Of a stretch of 47,265 bases of DNA, positions 25,961 to 36,317 are shown in pieces (the first letter of the stretch is position 1; each line of letters opens with the position of its first letter). The notes beneath the pieces are model-generated. The model did not search any database. It had not been told where the DNA came from and saw nothing but the letters and a program-made list of their open reading frames with translations. The stretch is taken from NCBI RefSeq assembly GCF_001194135.2, contig NC_068996.1:30675749-30723013 (forward strand). Reading direction: 5' to 3'. This DNA is from Octopus bimaculoides (taxonomy: Eukaryota). The position numbers and the translations under genes were made by a program.

Positions 25961-26150
25961 GTTATAAGCAAATATTATAAACAATTTACAACAAACTGAA
26001 AAGGACAAGAAGAAGAAGAAGAGAAAGAAAACAAAATGGTATTGAATGTGAAACAACAACAGATCTTCAATTTATAAGTTCAAAAAGAGGAATGTTACAC
26101 ATAAAAGGACTGCCTCATACATAAATATGGAAATGAAGATTTTTGCTTAC

Positions 26151-29100
26151 CTTTCCAGGAATTTTTCCATTTTCTTGATGATCTCCAGCATAGTGTACAG
26201 GTCTATTGGATAATTTCTGAAAACTACCTGCATCAATTCTGATATCGGATCTTCCTTTGGTAGAGGTGATATCGTTGATGACTTCATCAATAACAGCTGC
26301 ACATGTGGCATCATCATCCATGTAATGACTGTCATTGAAAGGTGTATCACTATCAAGGTAATGAGTCCTGTGTTCAATGTCAACAGTCCTATCAGTACAA
26401 GTGTTTTTGTTGTCATCGCTATGATAGTGAGTCTCGACTGCAAAGTGAGTTGCAACATGATTGCAGGAGCAGTGGTCAAAGTCACTGTCAGATGTGTTGT
26501 CAGGGGTAGATTTTGAGGCTGTTGCTCCTGCATCTACAAGAAGATGCAGCAATCTCTGGTCTGCTGGAATTCCTATTCGTAAACAGCTTTCCAGGTTGAT
26601 ACCTGATGCAAGCAGCCAGAGCACAAGATGCTCATGATGAGTCATATGACCCTGCAATGAATGTGGTTGCTGTTGTAATTGTTGGGTGTAATGTTGGTGT
26701 TGATGTTGATATTGTTGCTTGAGATGTAGAAGGCGGTGTTGTTTTGATGTTGGTTTTGGTTTGGCTTCTGCAATAGTAGTTGTCATAGGACTTGCACTGG
26801 TAAGGATTCCTTTATGGACGGATGGGGAAATAATATCATGACAAGGTGGGGGTGGGGCAAGAACAGTATCGGCTGTATTAGCAGAGGTTGAGCCCTGTGC
26901 AGCTAGCATGCTGGTAGTTTGATTCAGCAGGAATGGGAGAGAGGTTGTTGCAGTGGCTGTAACAGTGTTGGTGGTGGTGACCATTGGAGAACGTGTAACA
27001 CCACTGGTGGAAACATTTACTGTTGTTGTTGTTGATGTTGTTGCCATTCCCAAAGGAGGAAACTTGGCTTGAACAAGATGCCAGCCAAGTTCCTGCACCT
27101 CGGCTGCAGTAAGCCAACCACGATTATGACCACAACTCCGGACAGATTGATGGTATTGTCCTACATCTGGCTTTTTCCAACATCTGCTACCATTAATATT
27201 TTTAACTAACTGGCCATTGTTTGGCACCAGAGATGGACATTTACTAGGAATCATGAGTGATGTTGAAGCCATCATGGCCAGAGCAAGTGCTCCATGACCT
27301 TCACCAGCTGAACACAGAAACCTTGGTGTGCAATGTTTCACATCAAGAAGCCATTCAGCAAAGCTGTGATGGAAAAAGATGCATGCTGGTGAACTTTCAT
27401 ATAACTGTGCTGAGGAGAGATGCTGATTAGGTTTATTACTTTGACATAAAGGGACGTGATGGTGTTGGTCAGGGTGGTATTGCTTTTGGTGATTTTGATG
27501 ATATTGTTGCTGTTGTAATTCATGGTAGTGGTGTTGTCGTCGATGTGGAGCAGCCATCACTGTTGATGTTAGCCTTCTACTTTCTCCTCTTCTATTACTT
27601 TCTCCTAATCTTCCCATACCTCTTCCAGTTCCTCTGCCATTTAATTCTCCCACTCCAACCTCTTCTCCCCGTGTCGATACAACCACCTCCCCCAATCTAC
27701 CTTCTCTATCTCCTCTTACTACAGCTGCTCTCCAATCTCCTCTTATTACTGACCCTGACAAAGAGCCAAGACTAGATGATACTTGACCATCACTATTGAA
27801 AGTCAGATTTAGATTGAGTGCTGACCATGATGACCATGGTGAAGACCAGAAACTCGATGATGAAGGCAATTTGTTGAAATGCTGACAACAATGACAATGC
27901 TGATGGCTCTTGCGATGATTATGATGACAAGGATGATAACTGTAAGGATTGTGACAATAATGATGACTAGGAGATGCTGTCGGCACAGAAGTAGCAGGTC
28001 TTGTAGTAGTAGTGGTAGTGCTGAAGCAAGGTGCAACGTTAGAACAAACACATGAAGAACAAGAACGATGAGAACAAAAATTGCAGAAGGGATGGCAGGA
28101 GGTAGTAGAATAACTAGAGTAAGAGGGAATAGTTACAGCATCAGTGGTGGTAGACTTTGGCATATGACTTGCCATTTGAGCAAGAGGAAGTTTGGTGTCA
28201 CCATGCCCAGATTCCTTCAAACTTGGCTCCTCATCTTCAAGGCTGTCTATACCTCTTAGATGGGTATGGACGGTATTGGGCTGTATGTGATCATGCCCAT
28301 TCTCTCCTTGGACACCAACACTTCTGAGCTTAACAAAGCTAGGTTCTGTATGGCTATGCTTCACATTTTCCAGATTGCCAATCTCTGCTGGCTGAGTGAT
28401 TCTAGGTTCCTTGCGGTCACGCCCAACATCCTCCAAACTGCCAAGTCTCCTTAACTGGGCAGCACGAGATTTTAAGAGTCCACGCCCACATTCTGCCAAA
28501 CCAGCTCGGCCTACCATTCTGGTGGGCCAAGACTCTAGGCCACGATGCCCATTTTCTTCTTGACTGCCAGTGGATCCTCGCACCTGTTGATGTATGACTT
28601 CTTGCAGAACATCTACACTACCCTCTTCTCCCACACGAATACCAACAAGCAGACGAGACAATGAAGCAAGCCGACGCTCAAAGTCATGGCGAGTGAGATG
28701 GGCATCACGTACAACAGCACACAAATAGAGCTGGTCAATGGTGAGAGGCCGGGCTGCAGCAGCAGCAGCTGCAAGTACAGCATCAAGCAGAGGGCGTGCT
28801 TCGGCAAAGCGACGTGGAGCATGGGCAAAGCGACGCTGGCAGAGCCACAGGTAGAGGCCATTAAGCGTAGGTGGAATGTGTCGTACTTCAGCCAAACTCA
28901 CTGACCCATCAGCAACTCCATCAAGCACTGTCTCTAGGTACAGCATGCAGCCGTTGCTCTTGATGTGCAGTTGGTTGAGTGTGTGTGCCGCCTGCCGGCT
29001 GAGATGGCGCCGTAAAGCTGGCTCAGCATCTAACCGGCACAGGATGTATCGCTGAACATCACGCACTACATGTGAGCGGCGGAGATCGTCGAGTGCAATA

Positions 29101-32100
29101 CGACGTAGACCAGAACCAGCAAAGAGTTTAGTCACAGGTTTGCAATGTTCACGTGCTGAGCAAAGAAGGAATAACCAATCAGGAAACAGTGATCGTGTGG
29201 CAGCTAGTAGCTCAGCAATTGTACTAATAGTTTGGTTGGGTGTAGGTGTTGTTGTTGAAGGAGAAGCCTGAGTTCCAGGCATTGTAGGTGTGGATGAAGT
29301 AGCTGTGTTTTCTGTAGTTTGTTGTTTTGAGATTGGCTTTTGAACCCCAGGCACAGTATATGTTGCTGCTGTTTTAGTTGTTGTTTGTGATGATGAGATT
29401 TGAGTACCAGGGGCAACAGGTGGAGAGGCTGTTCTTTTTGTTTTTCTTGTCTTTTCTGGTGTTACTGATGTTGGGTTTTGAATCCTGGTCACTGATGGAG
29501 ATGATGCTGTTTTTGCTGTAGAAGTTCGAATTCTAGAAGCAGAAGGAGAAGCTGTTTTTGATTTTGTTTGTGTTTCTGATGTTGACATTCGATTCCCGCT
29601 ATTTTTTGATGTTTTTCCTGGTGTTGAAGTTGTGCTTTGAATCCTGGATAAAACAGATGTTGTTTTGCCTTTTGATTCTGAGGTTGATGTTCGAATCCCA
29701 GATAAGTAGTGTTGACGTTGTTGTCGCCGAGAAGGGCTACCCCTTGTTCCTGTTTCTGTTTCTTTGTTGTTGTCATTCTGATGACAATAATTCACTGCTT
29801 GACCTGAACTTGGCCTTTGTAAATGGCGTTGCTGCTGTTGTTTTTGTTGCTTTTCTTGTTGGTGGTAAGGGCTTGTCTCTGATTTTTCTTCATCTTGGTT
29901 CACCAACTGACTCATGTTGGATTTATGAAGATGATGGTGCTGCTGTTGCTTTTCCCCATCTCCATCTCTATAACAATAATAATAATAGTCTTCATCATCA
30001 TCATCATCATCATCATTATCATCATCATGACAATAATAACTATCGTCTTCATCATTTTCTGCCATCAGTAAATGTTTTGCTTTGAACTTACCTGTCTTCA
30101 GTTTTTTCATGTCTTCATCTTCTGCTTTCTTCTGTTCCTCATTATGATAATAACAATAATAATCATCATTTTCATCAAAATCTTCATCATCTTTTGCATT
30201 TAGCAAATGCTTAGGTTTCTCCTTGTTCACAGCCAGACTTTTCTTTTTCTTTTCATCTTCTATCATCTTTTTCTCTTCTTCATCATGATATTTATAGTTA
30301 GAATAATCATCAACTTCATCATCATAATCATACTTTGCATTTGGCAAATGCTTCACTTTGTCTTGGCCCAATTTTAGATTTTGCTTTTTCTTATTTTCTT
30401 GATCTTCTGTTTTCTTTATTTCTTCTTTTTTCTTACTATCATAATAATAATAATCATCATCATCATCATCATAACCATCTTTTGCAATTGGCAAATGCTT
30501 TACTTTGTCCTGGTAAATCTTCAGCATTTGCTTTTTTTTCTTAACTTCTAATTCCTCCAGCTTTTTTATTTTATCCTTCTTATTTTCATCATCCAAATAA
30601 TAATAATTGTCATCATCGTTATAATCATCTTTTGCATTTGCCAAACATTTCACTTTGTCCCGGTCAATTTGCAACTTCAGCTTTCTTTTCTTTTCTTCTT
30701 TCTCTATCTTCTTATCCTCTTCTGCTCTCTTCATCCTAACATCATCCTCATCATCATCATCATCATCATCATCATCAATATCGTCATCATAATAATAATC
30801 ACAATAATCGTTATAATAATCATTATACTCATCCACATTTAGCAAATGTTTTGATTTATCCTCCACAACCTTCTGCTTTTTGTCATCTTCTTTAGTCTTC
30901 TTTCCATTATCATCCTCTTCCTCATCATCATCACCGTCATCATCATCATCATCATAACCACCACTATAATTCCCATAATCATTCCATGTCTTTCCCTTCT
31001 GTTTCTTTTTCTTATCGTCTACTTCTGTCTTCTTCCCATCATCATACAAATAATCATTATTATAATCATGATCACCTTTACAATCATCATAGTAATCTTG
31101 TACTTTTGTCAAGCATTTCGCCTTATTTGCTAACATAATCAGCTTCTTATTAATTTCGTCTTCTTCTTCTTCCTCTGTCTTTTTCCTATCTTTTTTCTTA
31201 CGAACATAATAATAATCTTCACCCTTATGATCATCATAATCTTTCTCTAAATTCTGTAAATATTTTGCTTTATGATCTACCATTTTCAGTCTCTTCTTTT
31301 TCATCTTTTCTGTCCTATTCTTAGAGTCATTATCAACAACATCATCATCATAATGACCATCATGATCATCATCATGATCACGATCATCATCATCACCACT
31401 ATCACCACCATCATCATCACCATCTTCTCCAAAATTTTCACTTTTATAAACATCATAATCATTTTCTACATTCTTCAAACATTTCACTTTATGCTCATCC
31501 TTTCTCAAGTTTTTCATTTCCTCCTCTCTCTCGGTTTTGTCTTTTTTCCAACTTCCATCATAATAATAATTCTCACCTTTATAATCATCATAGTCATTCT
31601 CTATGTTCTGCAAACATTTTGTTTTATGATCCACCATCTTTAATTTCTCCTTCTTTTTCTCTTCTAATTTCTTTTTATCATTATAAACATCAAAACCTTC
31701 AACCTTACAATCAGCGTAATTATCCTCTAATTTTACTAAATGTTTCACTTTATTATCCACTAGTGCTAGCTTCTTTTTGTTCTCTTCTGTCTTCTTTCTA
31801 CCATCAACATAATAACTATCCTCACCCTTATAAGCACCATAGTCATTCTCTAAATTCTGAAATTGTTTCACTTTATCTTCTACCATCTTTACATCATTAT
31901 TAATGTTTTCATCTTTTGCAACTACTATCTTCTCCTTTTCAAGATCATTACCACCACCACCACCAACAACAACAACATCACCATAATAATTATTTTCACC
32001 ATTACCATGATGACAATTGCCACAGTAATGATGATGACTATAAGAACAATGGTGATGATGATGATAGTGATGATTAGGGTCATCACAAGAATGTTTTCCC

Positions 32101-34430
32101 CCTTCCACTACAACACCAATGTTGTTATTTTGATGATGGCAATTTCCATGTTTGTGATGGGGATAATGATGATGAGAATGATAATGCTGATGAGGAGGAC
32201 AACGACGACGATGATGATGATGATTATAATTGCTATGGTGTTGACAACAGCTGTTATTATTCTGCCCCAGCGGCTGTTGATGGTGATGATGTAACTGTTG
32301 TTGACCTTGCAAACTGTTATCTCTAACGTGATCCCTGTCATCATCAACAACACTAACACTAGCATCATCGGGAGGTGCTAACCAACCAGGACGCAAGAAA
32401 GATTCATCAAGTGCATCAACAACTAAAAGGAGGCTATGTGGTGGTGGTGATACAACTGTGGAAAGTGGTAACAGCACAAGACGGCGGAATGCCTCAACAG
32501 CATCACTCTCAATCATTTCTGCTTGAAGGTAGGCAGCAGTTGGCAATATGCTGTGGTCCCTGTCACTGTTCCTGGAATTGTTGTTAGAATGAACTGTCAG
32601 ACAAGTTCCACTACAGCAGTTATGACAAGTTTTACTACTACTGCATTTTTTCTTAATGTTTTCCCTCCTTGGGCTTAGTACTGTATTGTTTTCCATCTTT
32701 TTATTCTGATCTTCCTTGTTTAACTCCGTTTTCTCTTCCAATGCTGTCATCACTATATTGTCAGAATTATGGGGAGACACCTTAGATGTCATAATAGGAT
32801 TAAGAACATCCTCATCATTTTGGTGATATTGGTTCTCATTGTTGTCATCTTCAAGCACTTGTTCCTCAACTTTTTTTTTCTTTTCCTGCTCTTTCTCCTT
32901 CACTTGCAGTTTTTCCTTCTTTTCATTCACTTCTTTCTTTACTTGTACTTTGTCCTTCTTTATCTTTTTCTTCTCCTGTTCGGTCTCTTTCTTCAACTGT
33001 TGCTTGTCTCTTTTTATCTTTTTCTTATCTTCCTGTTCTAGTTCTTTCTTCAAATGCAACTTATCCCTCTTTTCCATTTCTTTCTTTTTCTCTTCTTGTA
33101 CCTTGATTTTCTTTCCAGGTGCCTCTTTTGTTGCCAATGCTAACACCTCATGTGATGAATCTTGTGTTGCTGACATCAAAACATCTTTTGTCTGAGCTTG
33201 ATCCACACCAGTGTTAACCATTCCTTTCACAGTCTTACTATTACCTAACTTCTCACTCTTGACATTACTCTCACTCTTGCCTGTCATCCAATGGCTGTTG
33301 TTTTGGCCATGTCCATTCTTCCGTGTCACACACAACCCTAGAGCAGCAAAATCATTGGCTCTAGATGTTTCTTCAAAACCTACTCCAGTATTAACCTCTA
33401 CCCCAGCAGCTTGATCATCATAATCATGTCTATTCTCCAAAACAAAATAATCTCTTGTTCCAAATAACAACTCATCATCATCATCTTCTACTTCTTTTTT
33501 GTCTGCCCCTTGTTGTTGTTGTTGTTCATTTTCTCCCACCCCGTATTGTGCCATTGGGGCTGTCATTTCCATTTGTTTATTTTTATTTCTTGTTGCTATG
33601 GTGACTGATTCTTCATTTCCATCATCATCATCTCTATCTTCATCTCTGTGACAACAGTGATTGGCAACATTTTGATCAACATGTTTTTCTACTTTTTCCT
33701 CTTCACCATTGTCATCATCATCCTTCATATTATGATTGCAGTAATAATATTCATCATCATGATTACCATCATTGTTACTGTCATCACCACCATTGTCATC
33801 ACCATTGTCATTTTTGTTGCTATAGCAACAAAATCCACAACCAGTACTATAACAATTATAACTACTACAACCACCACCATCACCACAACAACAACTACTA
33901 CATCCACTGGCACAACATGTTACCTTGTCATCAATTTCTGTCATGGCATGTTCAAGAAACTCAGCATAGCCCTCAATCAGGTTAGATCTCCTGATCTGCT
34001 CGACAACATTCAATACAAAGCCTGAGAGCGACAGTGTGCGTGCATCATGTGCTTGGCAGAAGTGATAAGCAAGAACACGCCTGTTTAAGGCATGCTGCCT
34101 TTTCATTTTGCCCTCCTCTGGTGGGGCCACAGACCCTGTCACTAGGGGAGATGATGCAGCTGCAGGGCCTGCTAAGGTGGTGCGGACCGTTGTTGGTGGC
34201 ACTGGTGGGGACAGTGCAGAAGTAGCGGCAGTAGTATTGACAAGAGGTTCATGCCACACATTCAGTGGAAGGGGTGAGGAAACAGTAGAAGGCTGTGGTA
34301 GTACTGGTGTGGACAGTGATGCTCCTGGTAGTGGTGGTGGTGAATCCTGCAGTGAATTCAGGTTGGTCATATCATCATCAACATCATCACCATCACCAAC
34401 ACCATCATCATCATTATCATCATCATCATT

Positions 34431-34466
<36 letters not shown>

Positions 34467-36317
34467 ATCATTGTTGTTGTTGGTCGTGGTGGTAGTGTTG
34501 TTATAACAACGCCAGCGCCGACAGCAGCAGCAACGTGAAGGCACACATGACCTGTGAGGGCGAGAATGAGCATGAGCATGAGTGTGAGACTGAGATTGCA
34601 TGTGAGGCTTGGGTTGAGTGTGAGTTTGAGTTTGAGCATGATAAGGGTGACTGTGGGGTTGAGTTTGTGTGTGAGGTTGAGTGTGAATTGCGTTATTTAT
34701 GGTGTTGGATTCAGTAGAAGTAACAGTGGTTACTTTCACTGAGGACTTGGAGTCATCTGCTGGTGATGTGGTGTTCATAATAACACCGTCATTATTCCTT
34801 CCTGATGTAGCATTTATACTGAGTTCATCATTGTTGTTTGTTGAATTAGTGGTGTTCACAGTGAGATTATTGTTCTTTGGTGAAGTTGTAGCACTCATGC
34901 TGACCTCATCATCATTGTTGTTTGCTGCTGTGGTGTTCATGCAAAGATTAATGTTTTTGGGATATGATGTAGTTTTCATGCTTAGGTCATCATTGTTGTT
35001 TGGTGATGTTGTGACGTTCATGCTAATGTCATCATTATTTTTTGGTGATGTTGTGAGCTTCATGCTGTGATCATAGTTGTTGTTTGTTGATGTGGTGTTC
35101 ATGCTGAGCTCATCATCACCACCTATTGTTGTCTTTGCAGCCGCATCAGCTGAGACACAGACAAAGGTAGGGACACAACTGGGATTGAAACGTCCTCCTC
35201 CTCCTCCACTACTTCCATCTCTTCTTCCTTCTTTCCCTTCTCCTCGCTGTTGTTGTCGCCATCCTGGCCCTTCTTCTGTTCCTTTTCCACCAACTCCACT
35301 GCTACCATCAGTGGCTAAATTTGAAACTGTGATGCGGTGGCCATCTCTGTCTTTGTCAATTCCACAACTGACATCACCATAGCCACCACTAATACCACCA
35401 CTGCTATCACCTGGATTTGAAACTGGGATCCCAGTGCCTGTTTCTTTATTTCTACTAGGTCCAGTTCCGCTATCACCATCAGGGGAGCTGAATCCAACAC
35501 CTGATCGAATCCCAGGACTACGGATAACACCTCCACCAGCAACTGTGATACGGCTATCCTTATTTCTTGTGGATCCAGTACCACTGTCTTCATCATTAGA
35601 GCCAAATCCAGGACGACAAATGACATTACCAACACCTCCAACAACGGGACCTGAATTTGAAACTGTGACCTGAGTATCTCTATCTTTACATCTACTGTTT
35701 CCAATACCACTATCACCATCATTGGAACCAAACCTAGCACTGGAGCCACCCCCAACAGCAACATTAACAACACCTGGTCTGGCCCCAGAAACACAAGCAA
35801 CACTACTACTTAAAGGTGGATTTAAAACTGCAACCCGTCCATGCCTGTCTCTATCTCTGTCTCGAGTGGATCCAATACCACTATCACCATCATTAGAGCC
35901 AAATCCAACACCAGGTCTGATCCCAGAACCATAAACAACACCACCAATACCAACATTGCTTACAGTAGAGTTTGAAACCATGACCCAGCCATCTCGGTCT
36001 CTGCCACTATCACTGTTCGATCCTGTAGCTGCTGTGGCACCACCAGCTGGCCACACCAGTTCACAGAGCAGTGCAGACTTTCCACACCCAGCTCCCCCAG
36101 TAACTAATACACCACCTCCTGGGGCAGCTGCCGCTGCTGTTGTCAGGGCATGTTCTCCTCCTGGATGGTGCACAGATTCAATTTCATTGTTACTATGGGC
36201 AACTACAACAGATGAAGAAGATATTGCCCCTTCATGGCGTTCAAGTGAGCTGAGGATCTTTGCATAGGCCCATTCACGCCCATAGAAACGCTTACCTTGG
36301 AGAAGGCAATGAGACAT
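26151..36317 (-). CDS. ANKRD50: ANKRD50 first coding exon (3,389 aa): P-loop NTPase-like domain fragmented by giant low-complexity inserts
   Basis: Real ATG at 36317 in an A-rich context, stop-free for 10,167 nt, donor AAG|GTAAGC at 26151/26150. Walker A GGAGCGKS at 36098-36075 and Walker B LLVVDALDE with Asp at 32417. Confidence 0.88.

Noticed and set aside
14025-35934. Many 60-180 aa ORFs overlapping the ANKRD50 exons on the + strand or in other frames
   Set aside because: They are shadows of low-complexity triplet sequence (poly-Ile, Met, Val, His) with no recognisable motifs.
26151-36317. Inserts as inteins or mobile-element exaptations
   Set aside because: No intein-type terminal motifs (Cys/Ser start with His-Asn end) were noticed at the insert borders, and no RT, transposase or endonuclease motifs lie inside them.
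14038-36317. Alternative identity as TANC/rolling pebbles or a generic NACHT-ankyrin immune protein
   Set aside because: No TPR region is present. The motif series (HFCQA, LDDLRR, HIKSNGC, LNGLYLWLCQR, AEWLLDVKHC, LGLDE-type ankyrins) follows ANKRD50 as recalled.
14038-36317. Bacterial or horizontal origin of the GC-rich core
   Set aside because: The gene has spliceosomal introns and follows metazoan ANKRD50 closely. Only a phylogeny could reopen the question.
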